From the NCBI GenBank assembly GCA_965202985.1, contig CBDBCF010000001.1, forward strand, positions 256,001 to 320,000: 64,000 nucleotides of DNA, in the 5' to 3' direction. The notes below the pieces were generated by a model. The model was not told where the DNA came from. It saw only the letters and a list, made by a program, of their open reading frames with translations, and ran no database searches. Source of the DNA: Longimicrobiales bacterium (GTDB lineage Bacteria; Gemmatimonadota; Gemmatimonadetes; Longimicrobiales; Gaopeijiaceae). Numbering within the stretch: the stretch's first letter is position 1; each line of letters starts with the position of its first letter. Positions 1-13,250 of this stretch are shown here, in pieces. The position numbers and the translations under genes were made by a program.

Positions 1-11
1 CCGACGCGCTC

Positions 12-413
12 TTATCCCTCGGGCGCGGCTGCCCCTCCGGCGCCCAGCACCTTCGCCACGACCACGCCGGCAACCCCGTACATCAAGGTGCCGATCACCG
101 CGTCGCGAATGACCGCAGTCAAGTCGGGTCCCATCTCCGGCTCCATCGTGCCCATGAGCGAGAACCCGATCGCGAGCCCGAGCAGGACCCCGAACCCGGC
201 GCTCGCCATGAAGGCGTCTCCGGCGCCCGTGGTGCCCCGCCAGCTCAGCACGAGGGCGAGGACCGCGCCGATGAACACCGACCCCAGCCCGATCGCCCAA
301 ATGACGGGTTCCGCCGCCGCGCCCGAGTCCTGAATGAGGAACCCGTAGATGATCCATCCGAGGACGAAGTAGACCGCCCCGCCCACCACGCTCGCCGCCA
401 CGCACTTGCCCAT
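12..413 (-). CDS. Small integral membrane protein (about 4 TM helices), function unknown
   Basis: 133-aa ORF with four hydrophobic segments; purine-rich RBS-like sequence upstream on the minus strand. Confidence 0.75.
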   Translation of the reverse strand: MGKCVAASVVGGAVYFVLGWIIYGFLIQDSGAAAEPVIWAIGLGSVFIGAVLALVLSWRGTTGAGDAFMASAGFGVLLGLAIGFSLMGTMEPEMGPDLTAVIRDAVIGTLMYGVAGVVVAKVLGAGGAAAPEG

Positions 414-577
414 CTTCTCGATCTCCCTTGCCGGTGTGAAGTCGTCGTGCGAACAAGGGCTAACGTGGGACTGGCAAGGCGGCGCGGCAAGTGGAATGGT
501 TCCGGGCGCTCGCCGGAGGTGCCGAATGGTCGCGTTCGGTTGGATTTGGGAGGTTCTCGGGCCGTCGTGACAGATTC

Positions 578-607
578 TTTGACAAATTCCCCGGTCAATT
601 TGTCAAA
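578..607. promoter_or_regulatory. Perfect 11-bp inverted repeat TTTGACAAATT-N8-AATTTGTCAAA, putative operator
   Basis: Read directly; AT-rich dyad in a GC-rich intergenic region upstream of 12..413. Confidence 0.55.
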
Positions 608-699
608 TCGCTCGGTCCCGGCAGCAAATCGCGCCGGCACGCAGACGGCGATGCGCCCCACGCCCCGCCCCTCTGTCGCGCCTCTGGACGCACCCGGGC

Positions 700-1791
<1,092 letters not shown>

Positions 1792-2083
1792 CGCGTGCCC
1801 TCTGCGCTGGGCCGCATGTCCACGACCTCCTTCGAGGGATGTCGGGGGCCGATGTCGATCAAGATGTGCACTGTCGTCTCCTTCGCCGTGGGGGCACTCG
1901 CGGGGCTGTTCACTTAAGTCGCCGGAGGCGCTCGGTCAACTGTCCGGTGAGAGGGCGGCACACGGACCAGTCGAATGCTGGCCGCACGCAGGTCTTTCAC
2001 TGACGGTCCGATTCAACCATCCACCCGATTGCGGTGTCGTGCTATCTTCCCGCCCACCTCTCGAGCCTCGGACGACACGACCA

Positions 2084-2788
2084 ATGCGCGCCTACTGCCT
2101 TGCCGACCTCTTCAACCTCCAGCTCTGGCCTAGCGGTCGGCATCCAAACCGCGCGGACATTCGCGACGGGATTGGGCAACTCGTGAACCGTGTCCTCACG
2201 GCCGTCCCTCGCGCCAACGAAGTGACCGCGCGACTCTACGGTGGATGGGACGGAGACGTTCCGGCGGCGCAACGCGACCTTCGATCCATGGTTGCTCGGT
2301 CGATTGACCACATGCCTCGACGACGGGGACGGCAGTCGTTTCGGATCGAGCTCGCCGAATCGCCGGTCTGGGATCCAACCGCCCGAATACGCAGGTCGGT
2401 CAGGCTATCCCATCCGAAACGGCTCAGGGTGGCCGTCGAATCGTCTGGCAACTGCCTCCTCGGCAGCGCACGCTGCACGCTCCATCCCTTCGCATCGTGG
2501 TGCAAGGGCCGGTGCCCAGCGACAGGATGTCCGGTCCGGCTGTCGGATGTTGCATCTCGACATACCCAGAAGATGGTCGACACCCTGCTGACTGCGGACG
2601 CCATGGCCATCCGCTACGAGAAGCTGGCGGACACCGTGGTGCTGGCCAGCGACGACGACGACATGGTTCCCGCGCTATTGGCCCTTGTGGCGTCGGAGGT
2701 TGAGCTGGTATACTTGACCAAGCGGGAATCGAAGGGCCCATACACCACCTTGCTGGAACGAAAGGGGGCGCGAGTCTGCGCATGGTAG
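2084..2788 (+). CDS. NYN (LabA/PIN-like) nuclease with Cys-rich insert
   Basis: ATG 2084 in frame with ORF 1772..2788; early Asp (LADLFN), RLYGGW, QKMVDTLL and VLASDDDDMVPAL match NYN acidic motifs; Cys cluster CLLGSARC...WCKGRCPATGC. Confidence 0.75.
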   Translation: MRAYCLADLFNLQLWPSGRHPNRADIRDGIGQLVNRVLTAVPRANEVTARLYGGWDGDVPAAQRDLRSMVARSIDHMPRRRGRQSFRIELAESPVWDPTARIRRSVRLSHPKRLRVAVESSGNCLLGSARCTLHPFASWCKGRCPATGCPVRLSDVASRHTQKMVDTLLTADAMAIRYEKLADTVVLASDDDDMVPALLALVASEVELVYLTKRESKGPYTTLLERKGARVCAW

Positions 2789-2791
2789 ACA

Positions 2792-5101
2792 ATGGACACG
2801 ACTGAAATCAAGAAGGACATTAGGCGATTCGCCGACCCCGGGTCGGACGTCCTGACGGACGGGAGTACGTTGATCTGGGAGCGAGACGGGCGTACTCGCG
2901 AAGCGAATCTGAGGCAGTCGGACGATGGCAGCCTTCCGGATGTGTGCGTTGGCGGTGCCTGGATGAAGTATAGGGATTTTCTGGCGGGTCCGGAGATGGC
3001 CGATTTGTATCGCCTTGCGCAGTTTGTTGTCAAGACGGCCCATGATCGGCCTGAGTATGTCCGAACTCTAGCACGAGCCGGCGACACCGACGACCAGGCC
3101 GAGAATCAAGAGCATGGCGACGCCGACGCTGTGGAAGTGGTCGAATCCCGAAGCACCAGGAATCTGCCATATTTGGCTACTCGCGTCGTGTTGGTCCAGG
3201 GCGAGGCGGGATCGGGCAAGACGATGGTCCTTCGGCACATGACGCTGCAACGAGCCAAGCAATTTATGGACGGTAGCGTGAAGTCGCTGTTCTTCTACGT
3301 GGACGTCCAGGGTCGCTCGTTGTCGCGACTCGACGATGCAATGGCCAGAGAACTGCAGGATCTTCGGGCTAGGTTCACATACAGTGCGGTTACACCGCTC
3401 GTACGGTCGGGGCTCTTGGTGCCGGTCATTGATGGCTTTGATGAGCTTCTTGGTAGCGGAGGATACGATGAAGCCTTTTCGTCATTGGCCGCATTCGTGG
3501 CAACACTGGAGCAGCGAGGCGCAGTCGTCGCCTCCGCACGCTCATCGTTCTTTGATTACAACAATTTTAGGGAGTACGCTACGCGGTTTGGATGGGACGG
3601 CCGACTTGGTTACCGTGTGGATCCCGTACGTGTACAGCCCTGGCGCGACACGCAAGCCGACGAATACGTTGAAACGGTCGCTGCAGAAGTAGGTACCCGG
3701 AAGTGCAAGACAGTACTTTCGGAGTTTCAACGATTGCGAGGCAGTCTGGACGATTCCAACCGCCGTGTCCTATCAAAACCGTTTTACGTTTCGCGGGTCG
3801 CCGAACTACTATTGATAGAGGGTGTTGATCTGTTCTCCGACACGAGTTTGCTGGACCGGCTTGTGGAGGCTCTTGTAAGTCGTGAGCACAAGAAGCTCTT
3901 GAACAAAGACGGCACACCCCTGATGAGCCAAGATCAGCATCGCTTGTTTCTAGCGGAGCTGGCCATGGAAATGTGGTGGCAAGAAAGTCGAATCCTGGAT
4001 TTTGAGACCGTACAGGAGCTAGCCGCACTCTTGGCCGAAGACTACGACTTGCCACCGGACGCAGCCAAGGCAATTAGGAGTCGCGTATCTAGCTACGCCT
4101 TTCTCACTACAGCCGACACGGACCGAAAGACTCTTCGTTTCGAGCACGAAGTCTTCTACAGCTACTTCCTGGCAAGCAAGATCGGCCAGTGCCTAGAACA
4201 GGAGCCGGACGACCTTCGGCGCTTTCTCAACCGATCGGTTCTTGACGACATAGTGACAGAGGAGGTTGCGAGAAACGCGGCAACCAACGGTAGAGGTTAC
4301 GCCGCTACGATCGAGTCGGTATGCGCAGCTGTCCGACAGGGTTTCATGGACGTCGTCGGCAGAGAGAACGGTGGCCGTCTGGTCGCGAGACTCATCGCGG
4401 ACAGCGGTAAGCTGCGACCTGTCGGTACGTTGCGCGATCTTGTCTTCCGTCACGAACGGTTGGGACCCGCCAACCTGGACAAACCACACTTCTTCCGCTG
4501 CGAGTTTCACGAGGTGGACTTCACTAGGATTCGGATGCAGTCCCCTAGATTTGAAGGCTGTACACTGCGGTTGCCTGTCGTAAGTATCGGGCAGACGAAA
4601 TTCCATGGCGCGCGGGCTAGCTTGGGAGAGCAAGTTCAAGGGATTCGAGTTGGGACTGGCGATGAAGAATTCCCAAAAGGGGATTACTTTGCGCCAGGAG
4701 ACGTACATGGCATCTTGAGCAAGCTAGGGATGGAATCCACCTCGGAGTCGAAGCCGACCCGATATACGTCTGCCCAGCAGCACAGAATTCGTCTTCTAAA
4801 TCGCTTTCTTCACAAGATGGATCGGCGGTTCTACGTTTCAGAAGCTGACCTAGGCAGATTCTCAACCACGCGTGATCTGGATTGGCAGAACATTCACGAG
4901 CTGTTGAAGGAACACCGTCTACTGATCGAACAATCCGTGCAGAAGGCCGGTCACAACGACAAGTTGCTTCGGCTGTCTCATCCGCCTGACGTTATTCGCG
5001 CGGGCGAGGACACTCGAGACAAAAGTCGACCGGAACTATCGGCGTTTTGGCACAACCTTTTGAACTTGGATTCAGCCAGAGAGAATGCGCCCCAACAGTG
5101 A
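2792..5101 (+). CDS. NACHT/STAND-like NTPase with C-terminal pentapeptide-like repeats
   Basis: Walker A GEAGSGKT, Walker B VIDGFDEL, SARSS, KPFY, FEHEVFYSYF (NACHT wHTH-like); F..C.F..VDF.....PRFEGC repeats; starts 3 nt after the NYN stop. Confidence 0.85.
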   Translation: MDTTEIKKDIRRFADPGSDVLTDGSTLIWERDGRTREANLRQSDDGSLPDVCVGGAWMKYRDFLAGPEMADLYRLAQFVVKTAHDRPEYVRTLARAGDTDDQAENQEHGDADAVEVVESRSTRNLPYLATRVVLVQGEAGSGKTMVLRHMTLQRAKQFMDGSVKSLFFYVDVQGRSLSRLDDAMARELQDLRARFTYSAVTPLVRSGLLVPVIDGFDELLGSGGYDEAFSSLAAFVATLEQRGAVVASARSSFFDYNNFREYATRFGWDGRLGYRVDPVRVQPWRDTQADEYVETVAAEVGTRKCKTVLSEFQRLRGSLDDSNRRVLSKPFYVSRVAELLLIEGVDLFSDTSLLDRLVEALVSREHKKLLNKDGTPLMSQDQHRLFLAELAMEMWWQESRILDFETVQELAALLAEDYDLPPDAAKAIRSRVSSYAFLTTADTDRKTLRFEHEVFYSYFLASKIGQCLEQEPDDLRRFLNRSVLDDIVTEEVARNAATNGRGYAATIESVCAAVRQGFMDVVGRENGGRLVARLIADSGKLRPVGTLRDLVFRHERLGPANLDKPHFFRCEFHEVDFTRIRMQSPRFEGCTLRLPVVSIGQTKFHGARASLGEQVQGIRVGTGDEEFPKGDYFAPGDVHGILSKLGMESTSESKPTRYTSAQQHRIRLLNRFLHKMDRRFYVSEADLGRFSTTRDLDWQNIHELLKEHRLLIEQSVQKAGHNDKLLRLSHPPDVIRAGEDTRDKSRPELSAFWHNLLNLDSARENAPQQ

Positions 5102-5315
5102 AGCCTACTGCCTGCTTTACCCTACCTACCTGCCGGGCGCTGTTGGCCAACGTCCTTGTATCCTGCTAGGAGACGTGACGGACGCTACGGCATCACCTGG
5201 GGCGCCGAACGGGACGCTTACGATAGGCAGGTCGAGCATCCGCGCGTGCATCGGTTGCGACGGGGCTCGAAGCACCGGCAGGCTCCGCGCCGGCGGCGTC
5301 TCCGTCCCCCGGGCG

Positions 5316-5324
5316 TGATATACT
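5316..5324 (+). promoter_or_regulatory. Extended -10 promoter (TG-A-TATACT) for brxF, possibly leaderless
   Basis: TGATATACT ends 7 nt before the brxF ATG at 5332; no obvious RBS. Confidence 0.45.
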
Positions 5325-5331
5325 GTACGGA

Positions 5332-5874
5332 ATGGAATCCCTTGCCGACCGGATCGAGCGCAGCGCCCAGAAAGCCGCGTCGCTCCGCCATCGACTCGTG
5401 CTCGTCGCGGGTCCGCCCGGCTCGGGCAAGACGACGGCCCTGCGGACGCTCCGCGACCGCACCGGCGCGCCCCTCGTGAACGTCGGCCTGGAGTTGTCCC
5501 GCCGAATGCTGGAGCTCACGGAACGACAGCGCGCGCTCCGCTTGGCCGGGCTGCTGGGCGAGATCGTGGACGAAGCCCACACGAAGTGCGTTGAAGCGGC
5601 GTCGGTGTCGGCATCCAGCCGCATGGTACTGCTGGACAACATCGAGATCGCCTTCGACCCGGCGTTCCAGCAGGACCCACTCAAACTGCTCCAAGGGCCG
5701 GCGCGCCACCAGGTGGTCGTGGCGGCGTGGCCGGGGCCGGTGGCCGAGGGGCGGCTGGCGTATGCGGCTTCCGGTCATCCGGAGCACCGCAGCTACCCGA
5801 TGGCGGACTTGGCCGACGATGCGATCGTAGTGGACGCCCAAGGACGCGACGCCCGCCAGGAGCGCCCCCGATGA
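5332..5874 (+). CDS. brxF: BREX-3 P-loop protein BrxF
   Basis: [45 protein letters not shown] overlap with the next gene. Confidence 0.9.
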   Translation: MESLADRIERSAQKAASLRHRLVLVAGPPGSGKTTALRTLRDRTGAPLVNVGLELSRRMLELTERQRALRLAGLLGEIVDEAHTKCVEAASVSASSRMVLLDNIEIAFDPAFQQDPLKLLQGPARHQVVVAAWPGPVAEGRLAYAASGHPEHRSYPMADLADDAIVVDAQGRDARQERPR

Positions 5875-8800
5875 AGTACCGCGACCTGATCCGCTTCGAT
5901 CCCATCGAATCCGTCGTGCAGCTTCGCAACGCGGCGAAGGCGGACGAGGCGCGGAAGCTGGTGGAGTCCTACGTCGTGTCCGACGAGATGGCGGAGAAGC
6001 TGTCGGCGGTGGTGATCCCCCAGCTTCAGTACGACGCTGCCGCCGACAACCGGGGCGTTCTGGTAGTGGGCAACTACGGCACGGGCAAGTCCCACCTGAT
6101 GTCGGTGCTGGCCGGGGTCGCCGAGCACGCGGAGTTGGCCGAGCGCCTTACGCATCCGAAGCTGGCCTTGGCCGCCAAGGCCGTCGCGGGCCGCTTCAAG
6201 GTGATCCGGGTGGAGATCGGGGCGTCGCAGATGCCCCTGCGCGACATCCTGGCGAACGCGCTGGAGGAAGAAACGGCCGCCATGGGCATCCACTACGCCT
6301 TCCCCCCCGCCGACGAAGTGCGCAGCAACAAGCACTGCTTCGAGGAGATGATGGCGGCGTTCCACGGCGTCTTCCCCGATCACGGCCTCTTGCTGGTGGT
6401 GGACGAGCTTCTGGACTACCTGCGGTCGCGGAAGGACCAGGAGCTGGTGTACGACCTGAACTTCATGCGCGAAGTGGGCGAAGTGTGCCGCGACCTGCGC
6501 TTCCGCTTCATGGCCGGCGTGCAGGAAACGATCTTCGGCGCTCCCTCGCTTGCATTCGCGGCCCAGGCGCTTCGGCGGGTCAAGGACCGCTTCGAACAAG
6601 TGCTCATCGCCAAGAGCGACGTGAAGTTCGTGGTGGCGGAGCGCCTGCTGAAGAAGACGGCCGACCAGAAGGCCAAGATACGCGAACACTTGGCACCCTT
6701 CGCCAAGTTCTACGAGCGCATGAACGAGGGCATGGACGAGTACGTCCACCTCTTCCCGGTGCACCCCGCCTACATCGACGCCTTCGACCAAGTGGCGCAG
6801 GCCGAGAAGCGGGAGATCATCAAGACGCTCTCCCGAGCAATGCACAAGATGCTCGACGAAGAGCTGCCGGCGGACCACCCGGGACTCGTCACCTACGACA
6901 GCTATTGGAACACGCTGCGCGACAACCCCGCGTTCCGCGCCGTGCCAGACATCCGCGCCGTCGTTCAGTGCAGCGAAGTGCTGGAGGCGCGGATCCGGCA
7001 GGCGTACACGCGGCCCCAGTACATGGAGATGGCGCTGCGGATCATCTACGCGCTCTCGGTCCACAGGCTCACGACCGGCGACATACACTCGAACCTGGGC
7101 GCCACGGCAAAGGAGTTGCGGGACGCCCTGTGCCTCCACCAACCCGGCGTCGAGGATTTGGGGGGCGACCCGGCCGACGACCTCCTGACCCAGGTCGAAG
7201 CCGTCATGCACGAGATATACAAGACGGTGAGCGGCCAGTTCGTGTCCTCGAACCCCGACAACGGCCAGTACTACCTGGACCTGAAGAAGACCGACGACTA
7301 CGACGCCTTGATCGAGGCGCGCGCCGAGACGTTGGACGACTCCAAGCTGGACCGCTACTACTACGACGCGCTCCGCCGGATCATGGAGTGCACCGACCAA
7401 ACCTACGTCACCGGCTACCAGATTTGGGAACACGAACTGGTCTGGCCGGACCGGAAGGCGTCCAGGCGGGGCTACTTGTTCTTCGGGGCGCCCAACGAGC
7501 GTTCCACCGCCGTGCCTCCGAGGGACTTCTACCTGTACTTCATCCAGCCCTACGAGCCGCCCAGGTTCAAGGACGAGCAGAAGCCCGACGAGGTGTTCGT
7601 GCGACTGAACCGCCGCGACCAGACCTTCGACGAGGCGTTGACAAGCTACGCCGCAGCGGCGGACTTGGCGCTGACGTCGTCGGGACACGCCAAGAAGACC
7701 TACCAAGAGAAGGCGGACGGCTTCCTGCGCGAGATCGTGAATTGGCTTCGCGAGAACATGATCGACGCCTTCCAGGGCACGTACAGGGGCCGCGCTCGAA
7801 GGCTCGTCGAGTGGAGCAAGGAGAAGTCGGTGCGCGAGGTCGCGGGCCTTCGCCCCGACGAAGTGGTCGACTTTCGCGGGTTCGTCAACGCGGTGGCGGG
7901 CCTGTGCCTTTCGCCTCACTTTGCGGACCAAGCGCCTGGGTATCCCCGCTTCTCGGTGGTGGTGACGGACCAGAGCCGGGAGCAGGCGGCCCGAGACGCC
8001 CTGCAGGTCGTGGCCGGCAAGCGCCCGACCGCCCAGGCCACCGCCGTGCTGGACGCGCTGGGGCTTTTGGACGGCGACCGCATCGACCCCTCCGGCTCGC
8101 CCTACGCCGGACACGTGCTGGAGCTGCTGGAGCGGAAGGGGCACGGGCAGGTCGTGAACCGGGGCGAGATCGTCGAGGTCGATCGCGGCGTGGAGTACAT
8201 GGACAAGAACGGCCAGCGGCTGGAGCCCGAGTGGGTGGTGGTCGTGCTGGCGGCGCTTGTGCACTCCGGTCACGTGGTGCTGGCAGTGCCGGGGGCGGTG
8301 TTCGACGCGGTCGGCCTTCCCGAGATGGCGAAGCGCCCTATCAGGGAGCTGGTCGACTTCAAGCACTACAAGGCGCCAAAGGAGTGGAACCTGCCGGCGC
8401 TGACCGCCTTGTGCGAGCTGGTCGGCTTGCAGCCCGGCGCGGCCCGGCTGGCGACCCAGGGCCAGCAGGCGGCGGTCCAGCAGCTGCAGGAGAAGCTGAC
8501 GGAGGTGGTGCAGCGGCTGGCCAAGGGCGGGCACTTGGTTCAGGAGGGGCTTCCGTTCTGGGGCGCTCCCCTGCTGACGGACGACGAATCCCAGCGGCTC
8601 CGCGAAGGCATGAAGAGGACCAAGGCGTTCCTGGAATCCCTTCAAGCCTACACGACGCCCGGCAAGCTGAAGAACTTCCGCCACTCCGTCGACGAGGTGG
8701 AGTCCCACGGCGCGGGCATGGCGTGCTTGGAGGAGGTAGACGCGCTGAACGCGCTACGGACCAGCTTGGACCCGCTGGCGTCCTACTTGACGGCCGCGCT

Positions 8801-9605
8801 GGCGGGACTGCCGTCGGAGCACGAGTGGGCCGTTCGGACGGGGATCGTCCGGCGGGACGTGCTGGCCCGGTTCGCCGACCCCAAGATGCGTCGTTCCGCC
8901 GAGTTTCGTCGCAAAGCCGACCGAGACCTGCGCGACCTCAAGGGCGAGTACGTGCGCATCTACTTGGCGGCCCACGCCAAGCACCGCCTGGGAGGGGCCG
9001 GCGAGGAGCAGAGGCGGCGCCTTCTGGCGAGCGCCCGGCTGAAGGGGTTGGCCAAGTTGTGCGCAATCGACATCCTGCCCAAGCGGCAGCTGGACGACTA
9101 CCGGGAGCGGCTGAAGGGGCTGGCCTCGTGCACGGCTCTCATGGAGTCCGAACTGCGCGTCGCGCCGGTGTGCGGCCACTGCGGCTTCCGCCTGGGCGTC
9201 GAGGACTCGGAACCGTCGGCGCAGTCCGCGCTGGACGCTCTCGACCAGGAGGCGGACCGGATGCTGGCGCGTTGGGCCGACACCCTGTTGGAGAACCTGG
9301 CCGACCCCACCGCCCAGGAGAGCTTGAAGCTGCTGGAGCCGGCGGCCAAGGCGCTCGTGGACCGGTTCGTGGCGAGCGGTCGGCTGGCGCAGGACCCGAA
9401 GCAGGAGCTGATCGACGCCCTGGCCGAGGCGCTCGCGGGGCTCGAGAAGGTGTCGGTGAGGCCGGCCGAGCTTTGCGCCGCTCTGGCTCCCGACGGTGCG
9501 CCCTCGACGCCGTCCGACATGGTGAAGCGGCTGGCCGGCTGGTTGGAGGAGCAGGTCGGGGGGAGGGACCCGGGCAAGGTCAGGATCGTGCTGGAGGACG
9601 AATGA
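5871..9605 (+). CDS. brxC: BREX-3 ATPase BrxC (DUF6079 family)
   Basis: Start [18 protein letters not shown]; Walker [20 protein letters not shown]-terminal CGHC; lies between brxF and the methyltransferase. Confidence 0.9.
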   Translation: MKYRDLIRFDPIESVVQLRNAAKADEARKLVESYVVSDEMAEKLSAVVIPQLQYDAAADNRGVLVVGNYGTGKSHLMSVLAGVAEHAELAERLTHPKLALAAKAVAGRFKVIRVEIGASQMPLRDILANALEEETAAMGIHYAFPPADEVRSNKHCFEEMMAAFHGVFPDHGLLLVVDELLDYLRSRKDQELVYDLNFMREVGEVCRDLRFRFMAGVQETIFGAPSLAFAAQALRRVKDRFEQVLIAKSDVKFVVAERLLKKTADQKAKIREHLAPFAKFYERMNEGMDEYVHLFPVHPAYIDAFDQVAQAEKREIIKTLSRAMHKMLDEELPADHPGLVTYDSYWNTLRDNPAFRAVPDIRAVVQCSEVLEARIRQAYTRPQYMEMALRIIYALSVHRLTTGDIHSNLGATAKELRDALCLHQPGVEDLGGDPADDLLTQVEAVMHEIYKTVSGQFVSSNPDNGQYYLDLKKTDDYDALIEARAETLDDSKLDRYYYDALRRIMECTDQTYVTGYQIWEHELVWPDRKASRRGYLFFGAPNERSTAVPPRDFYLYFIQPYEPPRFKDEQKPDEVFVRLNRRDQTFDEALTSYAAAADLALTSSGHAKKTYQEKADGFLREIVNWLRENMIDAFQGTYRGRARRLVEWSKEKSVREVAGLRPDEVVDFRGFVNAVAGLCLSPHFADQAPGYPRFSVVVTDQSREQAARDALQVVAGKRPTAQATAVLDALGLLDGDRIDPSGSPYAGHVLELLERKGHGQVVNRGEIVEVDRGVEYMDKNGQRLEPEWVVVVLAALVHSGHVVLAVPGAVFDAVGLPEMAKRPIRELVDFKHYKAPKEWNLPALTALCELVGLQPGAARLATQGQQAAVQQLQEKLTEVVQRLAKGGHLVQEGLPFWGAPLLTDDESQRLREGMKRTKAFLESLQAYTTPGKLKNFRHSVDEVESHGAGMACLEEVDALNALRTSLDPLASYLTAALAGLPSEHEWAVRTGIVRRDVLARFADPKMRRSAEFRRKADRDLRDLKGEYVRIYLAAHAKHRLGGAGEEQRRRLLASARLKGLAKLCAIDILPKRQLDDYRERLKGLASCTALMESELRVAPVCGHCGFRLGVEDSEPSAQSALDALDQEADRMLARWADTLLENLADPTAQESLKLLEPAAKALVDRFVASGRLAQDPKQELIDALAEALAGLEKVSVRPAELCAALAPDGAPSTPSDMVKRLAGWLEEQVGGRDPGKVRIVLEDE

Positions 9606-9742
9606 CGCGGGACGGGGTGGACGGCGGGTCGTACCCCCGCGGAATGGGGTTGGTCACTGACCAAGCTGCCGTGCCCAAAGGGGGGTTGGTCACTGCTGGA
9701 GTGACCAACTTGACGGGACGCCGCAATTTGATTATACATTAA
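9602..9742 (+). pseudogene. 46-aa remnant of the AlbA/ATP-binding gene, carrying the 71-bp repeat
   Basis: ATGA-coupled to brxC; encodes GLVTDQAAVPKGGLVTAGVTNLT, nearly identical to a segment of 15328..16878. Confidence 0.55.
9646..9716 (+). repeat. 71-bp direct repeat, copy 1 (palindromic operator plus -35 box)
   Basis: 69/71 identical to 16581..16651; contains TTGGTCA-C-TGACCAA and GTTGGTCACT-N5-AGTGACCAAC; followed by TTGACG-N17-TATACA. Confidence 0.85.
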
Positions 9743-9767
9743 GAATGGTTTGCCCCGTACCCACCCC

Positions 9768-12570
9768 ATGACCAACTCGCCGAGCAAGCTCTTTGAGCGG
9801 AAGGCGACCCCGACGACCGACCAGGTCGAATGCTTGGGCCTGACCTTCGAGTCCGACGACGCCCGGCGCGAGCACTTCCTGCAGCGGCTGCGCGAGAAGC
9901 TCCCCGAGCTGCGCAAGCGTCCCGACTTCCCCAAGGGGGAGGACGAGAACATCCTGCGCATGTCGGACCCGCCCTACTACACGGCCTGTCCGAACCCGTT
10001 CCTGGCCGAGTTCGTCGAGCACTGCGGCACGCCCTACGACCGCGCCGAGGAGTACCATCGCGAGCCGTTCGCCGTGGACGTGAGCGTGGGCAAGACCGAT
10101 CCCCTCTACCGGGCGCACGGCTATCACACCAAGGTCCCCCACCTGGCGATCGTCCCGTCGATCCTGCACTACACCGAGCCCGGCGACATCGTGCTGGACG
10201 GCTTCTGCGGCTCGGGAATGACCGGCGTGGCCGCCCAGTGGTGCGGCGCGGCCCCGGAGGAGTACCGTCGGACACTCGAGAAGGAATGGAAGGACCAAGG
10301 CCGGGAGCCGCCCAAGTGGGGTGCGCGGCGGGCCGTTCTGGGCGACCTGTCGCCCGCGGCCACCTTCATCGCCGCCAACTACAACATCCCCTTCGACGTG
10401 GACGAGTTCGCCGAAGCAGCCAAACAACTGCTGGACGATGTGGAGAAGGACATCGGCTGGATGTACGAGACGCTCCACGCCGACGGGCAGACCAAGGGCC
10501 GGATCAACTACACGGTGTGGAGCGAGGTGTTCTCGTGCCCGGACTGCGGCGGGGAGGTGGTGTTCGGCAAGGAGGCCGTGGACGCCCGGACCAAGAAGGT
10601 GAAGAAGGAATTTCCGTGCCCGGGTTGTGGAGCGGTGCTGACGAAGATACGGCTCGTGCGAAGCTCTTCCGCCCGGTGGGATCAAGCCCTTGAACGGAGC
10701 GTCGACGAACCCAAGCGAGTGCCCGTCCTGATCAACTATCAAATCGGCAACGACAGGCACGAAAAGGATCCAGACAGCGCCGACCTTCAACTTCTCGAGC
10801 GAATCGCAACCATGGAGCCCCTCGAAGGCGTGCCGTTGGACCGCATGATGCACGTCTCCGACGGCGTGACGAAGTGGGGCGACAAGTGGCGAGCCCGATC
10901 TGCCTCGTTTCAGCACGTGCACCACCTGTTCTTGCCCCGAGCCGCGCGTACTTCTGGCTGCTTGTGGGGCTTGGTTCGCCAACAGGACGACCGGCGGTCG
11001 CGCAACATGCTCATGTTCTTGGCCGAGCAGGCGATCCTCGGCATGTCCATCTTGAATCGGTACCAGCCGATCCAGCACGGACGCCCCGGCGGCTCCCAGG
11101 TGAACCGCGCGATGTCCGGGGTGTACTACGTCAGCTCCCAGATCTCGGAATGCTCTCTACGCTACAACCTAGCGGGACGCACTGGTCGATTGCCCAAGGC
11201 GTTCACGCCCATGCCTTCGCGTCCCGGCTATGCCGCCGTATCGGCCGTGGACTGCGGACGCATCCCAATCCCAACCGATTCCGTCGACTACGTCTTCACT
11301 GACCCACCCTTTGGCGACAGCTTGGCCTACGGCGAACTCAACTTCGTCGTCGAGGCGTTCCACGGCGTTTTCACGAACCAAGCCCCGGAAGCGATCGTCA
11401 GCCCGACGCAGCGCAAGCAGCTGGACGAATACCAAGTGCTCATGCGACGCTGCTTCGGCGAATACGCCCGGGTCCTCAAGCCGGGGCGGTGGATGACCGT
11501 CGTGTTCCACAACTCCCAGAACTCGGTGTGGAACGCTATTCAGGAGGGCCTGTCCGCCGCCGGCTTGGTCGTGGCCGACGTGCGCACGCTGGACAAGAAG
11601 GTCGGCTCATACAACCAAGCCGTTGCCAGCGGCGCCGTGAAGCAGGACCTGGTCATCTCGTGCTACAAGCCGTCCCGCGACCTGGAGGCACGCTTCAAGC
11701 TGACGGCCGGAAGCGAGGACGGCGTCTGGGATTTCGTCCACAATCACCTCAGGAACCTGCCGGTGTTCGTGGCCAAGGGGGACGTGGCGGAGATCGTGGC
11801 CGAGCGCCTCGACTACCTCCTCTTCGACCGAATGGTGGCGTTCCATGTCCAGCGAGGCGTGATAATCCCCTTATCGGCCGCCGAGTTCTACGAAGGCCTG
11901 AAGCAGCGTTTCGCGGCCCGCAACGGCATGTACTTCCTCCCGGAGCAAGCCGTCGAGCACGACCGCAAGCGCCTCACGGTCCGGCGCATCGAGCAGCTGG
12001 CCCTCCTCGTGACCGACGAGAAGTCCGGCCATCGAGTGGCTGCGCCTCCAACTGAAGGCCCGTCCCCGGAGCTTCCAGGCGATCCATCCCGCCTTCGTCC
12101 GCGAACTCGGCGGCTGGCAGAGGCACGAGCAGCTTCTGGAGCTGTCCACCCTCCTGGAGCAGAACTTCCTCTGCTACGACGGCGAGGGCGAGGTCCCCTG
12201 CCAGATTCACGGCTACCTGTCCAGCAACTACAAGGACACCCGGAACCTGCCCAAGGACGACTCCACCCTGCGGAAGCGCGCCCGCGACCGCTGGTACGTG
12301 CCGGACGTCAACAAGGCCACCGACCTGGAGCGCCTCCGGGAGCGCACGCTCCTCCGGGAGTTCCAGACCTACCGGGAACCGTCGCGACGGCGCCTGACGA
12401 AGTTCCGTCTGGAGGCCGTCCGCGCCGGCTTCCGTCGCGCCTGGGGAAAGGGCGACTACGACACGATCCTCGACATCGCCCGCAAGGTCCCCGATAAGGT
12501 GCTGCGGGAGGACCTCCAGCTGCTGATGTGGTACGACCAGGCGAAGAGGCGGAAGGAGGCGGAGGGGTGA
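9768..12570 (+). pseudogene. pglXI: BREX-3 DNA methyltransferase PglXI, copy 1, +1 frameshift at about 12027
   Basis: AHGYHTKVP, DGFCGSGMTG, CPDC/CPGC, TDPPF; reads AAGTCCGGCCATC versus AAGTCCGCCATC in copy 2 (extra G); C-terminus continues in the 12298..12570 frame. May be an assembly error. Confidence 0.85.
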
Positions 12571-12609
12571 GAGAGGAGGTCCATCTAAGGTCAGGCAGGC
12601 CGCTAGCCG

Positions 12610-13250
12610 GAACGCGTGCCGAAACGGAACTCGCCGCCCGCCCGTCCTGCTACGGCACTCCTACCGCGACGGTGGCAAGGTGCGCAAGCCAGCGTTGGCG
12701 AACCTTCGCGCTGGCCCGACGAACTGGTCGAGGGGTTGCGCGTCCTGCTCAAGGGCGGGGCCGCGGTTCCGGCACTCAAGGACGCCTTCCGCATCGAACG
12801 CTGGCGGCCGCATGGCCACGTCGCGGCCGTCGTGGGCACGGCACAGAAGCTGGGCTTCAAGCGGCGCGCCAAGCGTCACGAGCTACTGGCCGACACGGCG
12901 GCGCAACTGGAGCAGGTCGCCCGAGAGCCGTGCGCCGCAAGCGGCGACCGCTACGGAGCGAGGCTCGGATCGCCGTGCGGGTCGACCGAGTACTACGCTT
13001 GCCCAAGGTGGGCAAGCACTTCGACGTGCGTGCGACGGCTGACTCGTTCTCGTATGCCCGCAACGAAGCCCGGATCGCCCGGGAAGCAGCACTGGACGGC
13101 GTGTATGTGCTGGGCACCAGCGTGGCGAAGCAGAAGCTCGGCGCCGACCACGCGGTGCGCGCCACAAGGGCCTGGAACGGATTAAGCGAGCATTCCGCGC
13201 TTCAAGACGGTGGACCCCAACTTCCATCGGCGACTGACGCCAAGGCCTTC
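12610..13250 (+). mobile_element. Degraded IS1634-family transposase remnant
   Basis: Fragments RNSPPA, LANL.RWPDELVEGLRVLLKGG, PHGHVAAV.GT, KVGKHF, IAREAALDGVYV..TSV spread over several frames with an internal deletion. Confidence 0.75.

Noticed and set aside
5793..9742. Very long alternative-frame ORFs (5793..8708 -, 6485..9742 +; likewise 17981..20059, 41969..44290, 44768..47938, 56472..59540)
   Set aside because: Arg/Gly/Pro-rich or antisense shadows of real genes, expected in high-GC DNA; no motifs
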